The notes under the pieces: generated by a model
What the model saw: the letters and a program-made list of their open reading frames with translations, nothing else
Told to the model about the DNA's origin: nothing
Database searches by the model: none
Source: Macrostomum lignano
Taxonomy: Eukaryota
Length of the DNA: 64,000 bases
Assembly: GCA_002269645.1 (NCBI GenBank)
Contig: NIVC01001270.1
Coordinates: 1-64,000, forward strand
Direction of reading: 5' to 3'
Translations under genes and position numbers: made by a program
Shown here: piece by piece, positions 37,423 through 51,349 of the stretch
Layout of the letters: every line of letters begins with the position of its first letter
Position numbering within the stretch: the first letter of the stretch is position 1

Positions 37423-39396
37423 ATGTCCACGCAGCAGGCGTGAAAGCTCTTCTTAATATTGTCGATCTCCTCTTTCAGGCCCGCGATGTTGTCAACAGCC
37501 GTGCGCTTGAACCTGCTCAGCTCCAGGATCTCCCGGTCGCGCTGGGCCGCCTCCGAGCGAAGGCGCTGCACCTCCTGAAGCAGTTCAGCGAGCGTCTCCG
37601 GCTGCTGCTGACCGGACCCGCCAGCCGCGCTGTAAGACGTGGCGGCCGTGGTCAGCTGGGAGCTCTCGGTGCGGCTGGCCTCCTCTTCCAGATGCTGCGG
37701 GGCGTTCAATGGATTGCTGCTCAGTTGCTATGCGGGCCTTAGCAACCAGCGGTCACCTGGATTTGGCTTTACCGTGTTTTACACTGTGGGATTCCCATAC
37801 CCTACACTGTGGGATTCCCATACCCTACAACTGTGGGATTCCCATACTACACTGTGGGATTCCCATACCCTATACTGTGGGATTCCCATACTACACTGTG
37901 GGATTCCCATACCCTACACTGTGGGATTCCCATACCCTATACTGTGGGATTCCCATACTACACTGTGGGATTCCCATACCCTACACTGTGGGATTCCCAT
38001 ACCCTACACTGTAGGATTCCAATACCCTACACTTTGGGATTCCCATCCCCAGTAGGACACTCACTGGGCCCCTGTGATTGGCTCCGTTTGGCGGCCTCTT
38101 GCCGGCCACCGGCCGCGGCCTGCCAGCTGCCGCGTCGGCCAGCGGCTGCCGCTGCGGGTGGTCGCCAGCCAGCAGGCCGTTGCTGCCGGCGTGTGCAGCG
38201 GCGGAGTCCAGCCCGCCGGACGAGTTCTGGTGCCGGGCGGCGGCGCTGACAGGCGGCCGGGCCGGCGCGGCGGCGGCAGTCGAGGAGGCGGCCTGTCGGG
38301 CAGGCGCGGCAGCCGAGGCGGAGCAGGGCTCAACAAAGTTGTCGGGGAACACGCCGACCTGGCCGTGCAGCTCGCCCTGCCACCAGCCGTCGTCGCTGAG
38401 GTTGCGGTTGGTGACGCGGATCACGTCGCCGATGTGGAGGGTCAGCTCGTCCTGGTGCTGGGCCGTGTAGGCGTGGATCACCTGCGTTGCCATGGAAATA
38501 GGGATTGTGAATGGGGATATTTTTATGGATTCGGGACCCGGGCTTCTGTAATTGGGATCTGGGTGTATGTAATTGGGATCTCGGTGTCTGTAATTGGGAT
38601 CTCGGTGTCTGTAATTGGGATCTGGGTGTCTGTAATTGGGATCTGGGTGTCTGAAATTGGGATCTGGGTGTCTGTAATTGGAATCTGGGTGTCTGTAATT
38701 GGGATCTTGGTGTCTGTAATTGGAATCTGGGTGTCTGTAACTGGGATTTGGGTGTCTGTAACTGGGATCTGGGTGTCTGTAATTGGGATCTGGGTGTCTG
38801 TAATTGGGATCTGTGCCCCAATACCCGAGCCACTCCAACCCAGCCTCCCTAACCTTCACATAGTCCGAGTGCATCTGCAGCTTGGCCTTATCAGACAGCG
38901 AGGCCGATGCTGAACCGCCAGCAGTCGCCGACTGCGCAGGCTTCGGCTGGTGCTGCCTGACTGCGCTGGTGGGCGCCATCCCGGGCAGGGGGCGCGACGG
39001 CAGCTGCTGCTGCTCGTGCGGCGGCTGGCCACCCCCGCCGTCAATGTCCAGATAGGCCAGCGGGACGGGAAACTTGGCGGCCAGCTTGGGCACGTAGACG
39101 GTCGCCACAGCGGCGGATCCGGCAGCTGGCAGCGGCTCCATCGCATAGACAGCAGAGTTGGCCTCCAAGCCGGAGGCGCGCAGCTTCGGGTCAACCCGGC
39201 GCAGGGTGGCCAGGCGGCACGGTTTAACAAAATTGTCAGGGAACAGGCCGCGCCTGCCCGCCGAGTTCCGGCCGCGAAGCCAGCCGTCCTCCTCCGGCTC
39301 GGCGTCGTACAGCAGCTCGCCTTTGACTATGGAGAGCTCGTCCTCCTGGTCGGCTTTGTAATCGAACTCCACTAAATAGCAGCACTTGTCCGACAT
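37380..39396 (-). CDS. CD2AP/CIN85 (SH3KBP1)-like adaptor: two SH3 domains, Pro/Ala-rich linkers, C-terminal coiled coil (424 aa)
   Basis: Exons 39396-38854, 38481-38065 and 37694-37380, all phase 0, GT-AG. SH3 motifs FDYKADQEDELSI.KGE...GWLRG...GLFPDNFV and HAYTAQHQDELTL.IGD...GWWQGE...GVFPDNFV. Confidence 0.85.
37780..38050. repeat. Intronic minisatellite, 21-24-bp unit x~12
   Basis: ctgtgggattcccata(ccc)taca; contains the hairpin-type palindrome TGGGA-T-TCCCA. Confidence 0.9.
38545..38815. repeat. Intronic minisatellite, 21-bp unit x~13
   Basis: gtaattgggatctgggtgtct; reads as HPDPNYR repeats on the minus strand. Confidence 0.9.
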
Positions 39397-41869
39397 TGCG
39401 CAGCTGCAGTGTGTTTTTGTTTTAATTCGCTAAATTCCAACTGATTTCTCTTCGTGTGATAACATATTCACACAAAATAAAGCACAATAACAGCGGGGAC
39501 TGTTAAAACCTTAGTTTTTTATACACGCTTCTAAATGTAACATACTTATCTCTAAGTTATCGAACTTTTGCTGGGAGTTAGAATTCTTCAACCTGATGCT
39601 TTAGAAAAATATGTATATTCTTATACTACATTTGAGAATATGAATTAATGCAAAGATCTAGAAAGCCAGGCCTTAGTGATGTCAGAGAACTCAGCTTTTA
39701 GCTTATACTGGTAGTTTGTTCAATTTCCAGTGGCTTTGGGCAAGTTAGTGCAGTAGTAGTAATACTACTAATATTAGTAGTTACATTACTATATAAATTA
39801 GGGTATTGATGCCTTGCCAAAAGCAAAGGTGAATAAAAGTGGCATCTCCTATTTATCTAGCAATTTATACCCATTATTATATTTATTATGATTAATGCTT
39901 CCAGTATGCTAAATGCATGAGCATATACATGCATGCATACATATCCAAATATACATGCATAACTGTTGGTTAACCCAGTCAATCTAGCTGGCATAAATTG
40001 CAAAATTGATGACATGAAGTTCTATCAAGGACAAGGTGCCTTTTGACTTGGTCAATAGGTGCTGGACATGGCAGAATGTGGTTCAACAAAGTGTTTGATG
40101 GTAGGCTGGGTAGCTATGCCTGATCACATAGCTGCCTCTACCATGCTACTGTCATTATTTGTTATATCCTACCAAGGCCAAGGTCACGCATTGGAGTTCC
40201 ACTGTAGCTATAGATATGGCTATGAGAAGTTATAGATATAAAGGTTTTTTAGACAAAGCATATGAAAGGAACATATACTTTCCATATCTAGTAATATTTT
40301 AGTAAGACTTTTTCCATTGGAGCTGTTGATTTAATAATTGAAAGGGATAGGATAGGGGCCAGTTTTAAATTTTGCACTATATTATATCAAACATGCATTT
40401 TAAGAGATGGCCAGCAGGTGTATAACATACTGCAAGCCACCTAGCAATCAGGTTTTAAATTAAAAAAATCAAATCAATTTTAATTTTGAATTTTAAATAT
40501 TTTTTAAATAATAGAGAAAGAGAAGTAAAGATGCCATATAAGAAGCATGAGGATATAGGACAATTAAAGAGAAACTTAAATTAAAGAGATTAAGGACAAA
40601 GAGAAAGGGAGAGAGGACAGAAAGGCTGTGTTTATTGCATTCTAATAAGCCCTTTTTCTCACTTTTGTAGTTAGTATTCAGTAGTAGAGTTTGTCCCTAT
40701 CATTGGTTCCAACTATCATTGGTTCAAGGCTAATATTAGACATCCAATAACTAAGCTATATGCTACGGCTACAATTTGTACAGTGATAAGAAGCATGTCG
40801 CAAAGAAAATTTGTGACTTCTATTTGCTTCCAAAATAAATTATTATTCTACTTAGCAATTATTGCAAGTATCTCTATTGTGTTTTATTGGCAGTGCATTT
40901 TAAAGTACTTGTAGACTTTAGGTAAATATGTATTATAAAGAAAGGTATAATGTAGTAAGGTTTGAATTTCAGTATGATATATAGGATATACTACACATAT
41001 ACTTCATCTCTAGCTTCTTCATGCTTGTACCATTTGCTTCTGCATATGGAGAATGTTTTATTCCTATAGAAATTAAATGCAAAAGCAAAATAGAGCTGCA
41101 TGCTTCAAATTGTTTTATACTAATACCTATAGTTAGCCAGTTTGGCACTTGCCAGCATCAATGTTACTTTTTCTTGCATTGTTTTTTATCTTACAAAGGT
41201 TTCATTACATGCATATATATAATTCTAGTCACTTGATTTATCTACACCAATGTAACTTAGGGAAATGAGTGAATTTTGCTAACCTGGTTGCAAATAGTTG
41301 ATAGACAATGGTTGGGTAATGCCTCAATGATAGCTAAATATGTAATCAAGATAGTAATACTATTGCATAGCTGCTTTTTGTAGCTTTTATATGACTAGAC
41401 TAGCCAACTCATAGGTATCATGGTTCTAGGATATGCTTGCATATATCCCATAAATTGAAAGTCATTTGTAACCTTTTTTTTATTTTCATTTGTTTATTCT
41501 GGTTACCATTTTAATGCTATTTTATTTTTAATTATATCTTTTAATTTTATTGCTATTTTAATGCTAAAAATACTATTATTTAGTAAAAGTAATATAACAT
41601 TTTTAACTTTATTAATTATTTATAATTAACAAGCTGTTGAAACCCGCGGATTTTGAACCCGAGGAATTCCAATACCCGGAACTACTTTTGCATGTATTCT
41701 GAAATCTAAGGCCATACACAAACAAAAACTTGTTAATAGTTAGTAGGATAGAGGTAGACATAAAATGGAGCACATTTGTCTAAAATTAGGGTTTGAGACA
41801 TTGTTGGCTGGGGTACTGCGCAGAATGTCAGGCAATGTCTGTCTGTCTCTAAAACATATATTGCTAAAC

Positions 41870-42168
41870 TCTGGTCTCTCCCTGACTCTCCCTACGTCCC
41901 TTGGATCCTTCTATCGTCTCTTTGTTTCCTCTCATCTCTCTTGTCCCTCGTCTCTCCTCTCTCCTCTCGTATCTTCCCTTATCTCTCTTCTCTTTCGTCT
42001 CTTGTCTCTTCGTTTCTCTCTCCTCTCCTTTCTCCTCTCTCCCCCTCTCCTCTCTCATCTCTCCCCTCTTCTCTCGTCTCTTCCCTCACCTCTTTTCTCT
42101 CTCGTCTTTGCTCTCTCATCATTCATTTCTCTTTTTTTATCTTTTATCTCTTCTCATTTCTCTCTGCT

Positions 42169-42251
<83 letters not shown>

Positions 42252-42925
42252 GTCTTTCTCTCTTATCTCTCCTTCTCTCTCTCCCCTCTCCTCTTTCCGC
42301 TCCTCTCTCCTCACTCACTTCTCTACCTTTGTCTCTCCTCTCTCCTCTCGTCTCTGTAACCTCTCCTCTGTTCTCTCTACTCTCCCATCTTTTATCTGTT
42401 CACTCTCGTCTCTGCTCTCTCATCCTCCCTCTTTAATCTGGCATCTCTGTCTTATATGTTCTCTCACCTCTCTCCTCTGTACTCTTTTCTTTCCCCTCTT
42501 TTGACTCCTCACTTTCCTTTCTCCTTTCTTCTTTTCTCTTCTCTTCCCTTTTCTATACTCTGTCTCCCTCTCTTCTCTCACTCCACTCTCCTCTCTCTGT
42601 TATCTCTTATCTCTCCTTCCACCTCTCATCTCTAGAACCTTAGAGATGTAGAGATGTATCTTTATCTCTTCTCTCTTCCCTTTACTCTCTCATCTCTTCT
42701 TTCACCTGTTTCCTCTCTGCTCTCCTCTCTGCTGTCTCCTCTCTCCTCTCATCTGCAGCTCTCTGCTCTCTCATCTCTACTCTCTCCTCTCGCTTTTCCT
42801 CTCTCCCCTCTTCTCCCCTCTCTCTCATCGTCCTCACCCCCTCATCTCTCCTATTATCTTTTATCTTTTCTTTTATCCCCTCTGTCGCCTCTCCTCTCTT
42901 CGAATCGTCTATTCCTTCTTCTTTC
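41870..42925. repeat. CT-rich low-complexity tract with a pure (CT)n core at about 42175-42244
   Basis: About 1 kb polypyrimidine strand; source of spurious Leu/Ser ORFs. Confidence 0.95.
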
Positions 42926-43599
42926 CACTTTCATCTGCCCCTCAGCTATGAGCTGGATTCTTTATCTGGCCTTTGAGGTAAAAGTCTGCCCATCCCTGCT
43001 TGGAAAGCCAGTTTGTGGGACGTAGTACTCTCATGGTTGTTCTCATGCTTTGATCACGTCATCTTTCTTGCCAATTTGCAGTCCTGAAAGGAATTTGTGT
43101 ATCTTCAGCTCCACTGCAGTCTGCATCAGTCTAAAAACCAAGGAAAAACGCATTTCTTAGGAGGCCATTTAAAATTTACATAGTACCTTTAAAAGAAACC
43201 TAAAATTTCCCTGGTGTGCCTAATTTAGTAGGGTTGTATTGCATTGCATCGCATCGCCTTTTCATAAATCTTTAGCTTTTACAAACCATGCTGGATTCCC
43301 TCAATTTGCCAATTGCCATCCAGTGTTAAACTGCTGCAGAGTTTGCCAATACAGAGGGGAGGGCAGTGGTTAGAATTTCTCACTAAACTGTTATGGCTAA
43401 ACGTAGCCTCTCCACTCTCGGGGTGCAGAGAAGGCTATAAATAAAGTTATTCCAAAACACTGTACATTTGCTATGTACATTCAGTCCTATCGCCTGACCC
43501 TTCGTCTGGCTCTGGGGCAATGAGTGAGTGAGTGGCACAAACAACAGAAAAAGCAGACAAACTTCACATGCTTACAGTTTCTTTTTCGGTTGAGTTACA

Positions 43600-44165
43600 G
43601 AGTTGAAACTTTACATTTAGACAGAGAATGGGTCAATGAAGAATTGTGTCAAGTTTGAAGTCAATCGCTTTACGTGGAGCAAACTTATGGCAGCTGAAAG
43701 TTAGTCAATTTTGAAACCCTTTTACACATCTGGGGCTGGGCCCAGATCGGGAAAGAGAGGCAGGCGGGCGGACATTGGGGTGGTTGCTACGCTGAAAAAA
43801 ACAGCCTAACTTTAAAAGTGCACAGCGGCTTTCAGGATTAACTTTGAGATTTGAAATTTTACACGATTGTGTCAAAATAGGTGAAAATTGCCTGTGTCAA
43901 ATTTGAAGAGAATCGGTAGAAGTGGAGCGGCGCTATGGAGGATTAAGTGAAAAAATCGCACATTTTGAGCAGTTTTTTGTACTTTTAGGTAGGAAGACTC
44001 AAATTTAGGAAATTAAAAGGTAGCCTAAGACATTCTCCGTAGTAAGTTTAGGGTGGGTGTAAAGTTTGGTGTAATTTGGTTGAGCGGTTTGGGAGTCCAT
44101 AGCGATCAAAATTGTCCACACACAGACAGACAGACAGACAAAGTTTTGATTTTTATATGTAGAGA
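43600..44165 (-). mobile_element. Non-autonomous Helitron-like element, 5' end at 44165; 3' end not found
   Basis: Minus strand A|TCTCTACATATAAAAATCAAAACTTTGTCTGTCTGTCTGTC, the typical 5' TC plus (GTCT)n pattern of non-autonomous Helitrons. Confidence 0.55.
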
Positions 44166-45869
44166 TTTGTCCTGCCAAACTCTGGATCATGTAGTATATG
44201 CACAAAAATTTTGGCATGCATTTGCCTTGTATACCAAAAGTTAGGTATTGCTATTACCCTAAAAAATAATGTGTATGCATACCTAGTATGCACTTGATAG
44301 AATCATGCAGAAAAGTTATTGTTAAGTGGAAAAAAATAGAAAAACATGGAAAAGTAGATTTTAAAGCATAAATTTTAAGCTTTCTACTTTGAAAAACTTA
44401 TAATAACAAATAAGGTGTTTAAACAAATGTTTATATGTTGATTTTTGGCTATATATAGTATAAACAAAAAAGATGAATAATCAACCAAATTATTAGCATA
44501 AAAAAGGGTCATTTATGTAACATTTACTGTTGCAATGCAAAAAAGGTTATTTATTGACACAATAGGGGCCTACTTGGGGCCTGGGCACTAGGCTCTAGTC
44601 TAGCTTTGAGAATATGGCTATGCACTCAACTTTTTTGTGTGCATTGTAACTATTCAATTTTTGTTCAGGCATGCACCTAGCCTAGCATGATTCAGACTAT
44701 GGTCTTTCTACTTGCTAATACTAGGCCTAGGCCTAGGCCTATCTAATAATTATACTACCAATAACAATGTCTTTATTACTAGGCCTATTATTACTTAGTA
44801 AAATTAACCCCCACCCTTGTTTTATCAATTATTTAATAATAGGCCCTACTGGTGAAAAAATGGGAATGGCTTCTATTGAACAGAGTTGCAATGCTTGCTA
44901 GGCCAAAGAATACACAAAAATTTTCAATGCATTTTTGTTTGCCAAATTTTGTGTCATTTTGCCAAGTTTATAGCTCACTGGGTTTATAGCCATAGGTGAT
45001 AGCAGATAGGCATGCATTTTCTATCTGCCAAGCACTTCTTTTGCGACTTTTTAGAGACTTTAGGGCCTATAATGCTTCTAATGCGTTTAATTGATTAATA
45101 ATTGATTGAAAAAATGTTGTAAAATTGGTTATTCATTTATTATTGGCATATTGATGCCATTGGCATAGTGATAGAATAACATATTGCGCATAAAAATGGC
45201 TGTGGGAAAAACTATAGAATTTTTTGTAAAAAACAACTTTTCACCAAAGCGTCTTCACCCTTCGGGTTTACTACTAAGCATCCTCCTATATACTAAAAAT
45301 GAAATGTCTGTAGCTATGCGATAGATTTCAGAAAAATTGGCTCAACCGATTTTCTTCAAACTTGCACCATTCGATCAGAAATTTTCCTGGCACGGTACAT
45401 GCATCTTGGCTAAGAAATTGCTCAATGTTAAAGGGATTAAATATTCGAAAAACATGCTTTTTTGCAAAGGTCAAGCCAAATTTTCGACTTGAAATGCATT
45501 GTAAGAATGCTAGAGAAAAAACTGACTGGCTCAATTCCGATTGTGATAAAGATTGCATCACAACAAGGTGAAAACAGTGCCACAGAAACGCACACAAGAC
45601 TTGATTGAAATTGCGTAACCCTATTGCTAACTTAAATTGAGACTGATACTGGCTGACTGAGAAATTGATTATGTCATAACTTTTTACTCTAACCGACTTG
45701 CTGTAAGTATTGAATTATAAGGGCCACAAGTCATGTTCTCCAATTGAAAAGAGATAGCCGGATGCAAACAGACTGGAATGCTAATGTAGCGACCTTGGTT
45801 CGAATCTTAGTAGTGAAAAATGTTTTTTTTATTAAAACACCTTAAAAAACACAAAATACGAAACGTTAA

Positions 45870-48670
45870 AGAGCCACCATGTCAAACATAAAAGAGCTAC
45901 CATGTCAAACATATAAGAGCCACCATGTCAAACATATACGTGACTACATGTCAAACATAAAAGAGCTACCATGTCAAACATATACGTGACTACATGTAAA
46001 ACATTAAAGAGCCACCATGTCAAACATATACGTAACTCCATGTCAAACATTGAAGAGACCCCATGTCAAACATTAAAGAGCCACCATGTTGAACATAAAA
46101 GAGCCACCATGTAAAACATATAGGTAACTCCATGTCAAACATTGAAGCGACACCATGTTGAACATAAAAGAGCCACCATGTCGAACATTAAAGAGCCACC
46201 ATGTTGAACATAAAAGAGCTACCATGTCAAACATTAAAGAGCCACCATGTCAAACATAAAAGAGCCATCATGTCAAAAATTAAAGAGCCACCATGTCTAT
46301 CATTAAAGAGCCATCATGTCAAACATTAAAGAGCTACTTTGTCTAACATTAAAGAGCCACCATGTCAAACATAATAGAGCCACCATGTCAAACATTAAAA
46401 AGCCACTTTGTCAAACATAGAAGAGCCCCTATGTCAAACATAGAAGAGCCGCCATGTCAAACATAAAGGAGCCCCCATGTCAAACATAGAAGAGCCACCA
46501 TGTCAGACATTGAAAAGCCACCGTGTCAAACATAAAAGAGTTACCATGTACGAGCGTAGAACAAAAAAGAGCCACAATGTATAACATAAAAGAGCCACAA
46601 TGTATAACATAAAAGAGCCACCCTGTTAAACATAAAAGATACACAATTTCAAACGTAAAAGTAAGCGAATTTTAAAGGAGCCGCTATAATGCTAAGGAAA
46701 TTGTCGCACTAGCTACTTATTGTCTGGTGGATGCTTGCTATTTGGGGATGCTATCTATCTTGGGGATGCTTGCTATTTGGAGATGCTATCTATCTTGGGG
46801 ATGCTTGCTATCTGGGGGATGCTTGCTATCTGGGAGATGCTTGCTATCTGGTGGATGCTTGCTATCTGAGGGATGCTTGCTATCTTGGGGATGCTTGCTA
46901 TCTGGGGGATGCTTGCTATCTTGGGGATGCTTGCTATCTGGGGGATGCTTGCTAACTTTGGGATGTTTGCTATCTGGGGGATGCTTGCTATCTTGGGGAT
47001 GCTTGCTATCTAGGGGAGCCACCATGTCAAACATATACGTGACTACATGTCAAACATATACGTGACTCCCTGTCTAACATTAAAGAGCCACCATGTAAAA
47101 CATATACACATGACTACATAACAAACATTAAAGAGCCACCATGTCGAACATTAAAGAGCCACCATGACGAAAATTAAAGAGCCACCATGTCAAGCATAAA
47201 ATAGCCACTATGTCAAACATTAAAGAGCCACTATGTCAAACATATATGTGACTACATGTCAAACATATATGTGACTCCATGTCAAACATTAAAGAGCCAC
47301 CATGTCGAACATTAAAGAGTCACCATGTAAAGCATATACGTGACTCCATGCCAAAAACATACATGACTCCATGTCAAACATTAAAGAGCCACCATGTCAC
47401 ACATTAAAGAACCACCATGTCGAACATTAAAGAGCCACCATTTCAAGCATAAAAGAGCCACTATGTCAAACATTAAAGAGCCACCATGTCAAACATATAT
47501 GTGACTACATGTCAAACATATACGTGACTCCATGTCAAACATTAAAGAGCCACCATGTCACACATTAAAGAGCCACCATGTCACACATTAAAGAGCCACC
47601 ATGTTAAGCAATAAAGAGCCACAATGTAGAACATTAAAGAGCCATGATGTCAAACAATAAAAAGCCATCATGTCAAACAATAAAGAGCCACAATGTAGAA
47701 CACTAAAGAGCCACAATGTCAAACATTAAAGAGCCATCATGTCAAACATTAAAGAGCCATCATGTCAAACAATAAAGAGCCACCATGTAGAGCATTAAAG
47801 AGCCACAATGTAGAGCATTAAAAAGCCACCATTTAGAACATTAAAGAGCCACCATGTAGAAAATTAAAAAGCCACAATTTCGAACAATAAAGAGCCACCA
47901 TGTCGAACATTAAAGAGCCACCATGTCAAACATTAAAGAGCCACCATGTCAAACATTAAAGAGCCACCATGTCAAACATTAAAGAGACACCATGTCAAAC
48001 ATTAAAGAGCCACCATGTCAAACATTAAAGAGACACCATGTCAAACATTAAAGAGCCACCATGTCGAACATTAAGTAGCCATCATGTCAAACAATAAAAA
48101 GCCACCATGTTGAACATTAAAGAGCCACCATGTCAAATATTAAAGAGCCACAATGTAGAACATTAAAGAGCCACAATGTCAAATAGTAAAGAGCACAATG
48201 TAGAACATTAAAGAGCCACCATGTCAAAAATTAAAGAGCAACAATGTAGAAAATTAAAGAGCCACAATGTAGAACATTAAAGAGCCACAATGTCGAGCAT
48301 TAAAGAGACACCATGTCAAACATTAAAAAGCCACCATGTCAAACAATAAAGAGCCACCATGTTGAACATTAAAGAGCCACCATGTCAAACATTAAAGAGC
48401 CAGCATGTCAAACAGTAAAGAGCCACCATGTCAAACATTAAAGAGCCACCATGTCGAACGTTAAAGAGCCACCATGTCGAACATTAACGAGCCACGATGT
48501 CAAACATAAAAGAGCTACCAAGTTAGACATAGAAGAGCCACCATGTGAAACATATATGTGACTCCATGTCAAACATTAAAGAGCCACCATGTAGAACATT
48601 AAAGAGTCACCATGCCAAACATTAAAAAGCCACCAATTCAAACATAAAATAGCCACCATTTCAAACACAG
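45870..48670. repeat. 23-bp minisatellite blocks (45870-46670 and 47015-48670)
   Basis: AAAGAGCCACCATGTCAAACATT and variants. Confidence 0.92.
46727..47010. repeat. 18-bp minisatellite; related blocks at 48770-48930 and 54170-54560
   Basis: GGATGCTTGCTATCTGGG. Confidence 0.92.
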
Positions 48671-49346
48671 GAGAGACATTTTCAAACGTAATAAGAAGCG
48701 TCATGCCAATCATAAAGGAGCCCCTAGAAAGCTAAAAGGAAATGTTGCACTATATACTTTTTGTCAGTTGGATGCTTGCTATTTAAGGATAGATACTTGC
48801 TATCAATTGGATGCTTGCTATCTGGGGGTGCTTGCTATCTGGGGGTGCTTGCTATCTGGGGGTGCTTGCTATCTAGGGGTGCTTGCTATCTGGGGGTGCT
48901 TGCTATCTGGGGGGGGGGGAGGGGGGATGCTTGCTGTCTTGGGATGTTTTCTTTTTGCATTTCGCTTCATTTGAGCAGTTTTTCTGTTGTCTTTGTGAAG
49001 ACTCTATTTGGCGGGGTTTTTTTACTTGTAGAGAACAGAAGTTCTATCCAGATGTCCCCCATCGGGGGGGCGAAGATTGCTAGTAATTTTCTAAAAAGAA
49101 AAAAAATTCCAAGGAATTAAGCTTTTTAGTAGAATTTTCATTTCAAAATATATACCGAATTAACAAAAATTTGTAAAGAAGTCAAAAAAATCAATACAGA
49201 ATACTTACATTTATTTATAGTATTTGCAATACGTATGTATATTCTTTAAAGTTTGTAAAATAACTATACAAAACGAAAAGCGCGTCGTCTGCTGAGAAAA
49301 AGGTCCGGTCACAACATAATCACATAATTATGGTCTACTAGTAGTA

Positions 49347-51349
49347 GGGACTCCAGTGAGATTTTGAAACTTTAAAATTTATATATTTTCAGATATGTAT
49401 CTGATAGAGGACAATAACAGCATCACAAAATGGCTTCACTTATTAAATTTAGTTGAGTAATAAAAAAGTTATAGCATTTTTTGTGCCCAAAAAATTACGT
49501 TTTTAGATAGGAAAAATACATTATAGATTGTTGCCATTAGATGTACGAAAACAAAATTTTTCACTTTTTGTTGTCATATCTTTTTTGCTATTCAACATAC
49601 AATATTGAGTCTGGTATCATTTTAAAGACCAAGCAGTTCTACATAAGATTAACAAATTGTTTTTATTCTTTCTAATGTATCTTTCTTGGGGTTTGCATTT
49701 GAATTTTTAAAAAGTGAAAAATGCATATCAAAAATAGAGCAAAATTAAAATTTCAAATGACTATTATTTAAAAGTTAATTGCTTTTTCTGAAATCTTTTT
49801 TATTTGTTTACTCCACAACATATAAAAGTATATATTTTTATACCAATTTTTCCTATATATTGACAAAGGTTAAAAAATTCACCAATTTTGTGACTTTTTT
49901 GCTACTGGAACTTGATAGCATATCTTAAAATTGCACATTTTTCAACTTTGAATGATTATATTTTTTAGACTAATGAATATATATAAAGTTTGATTTGTTT
50001 TTTTAATGAAAAACATATGAAAATGTTTTTTTTTGTGTACTTTGGTTTATTTAAAAGCTCTTGTTCTTTTTTTTCCAATATTATTGCTTGTTGAGTAGCT
50101 GCAACTAAAGACTGAAGTTAGCATATATTTAATGCTTATTGTCTTTACACACATAATGTATATTGTCTGCTTTGCTTTTTAACTGTAAAACATATAGGTA
50201 AATAATTGTTGATACTATTGTCTTGTATATTTTTTGATTGAGCCTATCCTTATTGTAAAATTGTATATTGTGAATAAAGTTACCGATGAACATTTCTGTA
50301 AACAAGTGTAAAGAAGTATTTAAAAATATATTGTACTTAAAATTGTATATTGTGAAGTTGCTTATTAAACTTACAAATGGAAAAAACACAATTTCTTATG
50401 AAATTCAGTTCATTTTTATGGGAGTTTGAATTGCAGACCAAGGTTACGTGCATTCAAGGGGTCATTTATTGGGATTGCAATTGCTATAGCTCAATAAGCT
50501 AAAGCATACATTTATTTGTATTATTTTGCCTTCAAAACTAATTTGCAATGGTAAAACGTCTTCTTTTTGGTTAAGAAAAGCCATAATAAGCCACTTTTTA
50601 TATAAGTAGTATGTAAGTAGTATCGCTACTAAAAAGCAAACATTGCTGCTGCTCCTCGGCGGATGTATGTGGAAAGATATAAAAGTGCTGTGAAGAATTC
50701 CTATAAGTTCCTCTATTAAATGCAGTAGAAGAATAGTCTTCGGAAATTACTGCTAGAAAAAAAATTTAAATTTTCTGTTTTATCCGTCTATTTTACACTG
50801 AAGAGATAGGCAAAAAACAGGCTTCAATAACTTTTTGGCGGATGTAGATAGACATGTGCGGTTTTTTTTAATGTAATCATATTACGGAGTAGCATTCATT
50901 TCCGGGTTTTACTAAGCTTCGGAAATACGGGTACGATTTTTATTCAACTTTAATTTTTTTATACTGTCTAAATAGGGAGAAAAGAAAAAAAATTTCTGCT
51001 TAAAATGTCAAAAAATGTTTGTAAATATAGTTGTTTGTATCAATAAATAGTTATATTTTGTTAAAATAATTGCTTTCCAACAAAAAAACGAACTTTCGAA
51101 AGTCACTTTTTTTGGCAACAAAACGAGTGTATTAAAAAAAAGACGAAGTTCAGTGGGACATTACTCGGCATACAATGTATATATTTTTTGTTTCTTTATC
51201 TCATTAAAAAGAATAGAAACTCTTCTTTAACATGTATATTTTGTTTTTACTATAAACATTTTCTATGCATGGCAATTTCATTTTTAAAAAACATTATTTT
51301 ACGATTTTTCGTGTAATTATCAGCTTTACGGTAACCTCACTGGAGTCCC
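49347..51349. mobile_element. AT-rich non-autonomous TIR DNA transposon (~2 kb)
   Basis: GGGACTCCAGTGAG at 49347 and CTCACTGGAGTCCC ending at 51349. The flanks are palindromic (CTACTAGTAG), so the TSD is ambiguous (TA or CTAGTAG). Confidence 0.65.

Larger units (their letters stand above)
45281..49083 (+). mobile_element. Non-autonomous Helitron (3.8 kb) carrying duplicated minisatellite cargo
   Basis: 5' A|TCCTCCTATATACTAAAAATGAA; 3' hairpin CCCCC-ATC-GGGGG then CTAG|T at 49080-49084; no TSD; A|T insertion site. Confidence 0.72.

Noticed and set aside
37780-38050. Array of kappaB-like GGGATTCCC palindromes
   Set aside because: The match to the 10-bp consensus is imperfect, the array sits in an ordinary intronic minisatellite, and there is no evidence for a binding factor.
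41765-43025. Leu/Ser-rich membrane-protein-like ORFs
   Set aside because: These are translations of a CT-rich low-complexity tract.
46727-47065. Repetitive ORFs (GDACYL, DSKHPP); likewise 25255-25554, 26093-26458, 37709-38249, 54165-54638 and 59801-60115
   Set aside because: All are minisatellite translations with no splice or homology support.
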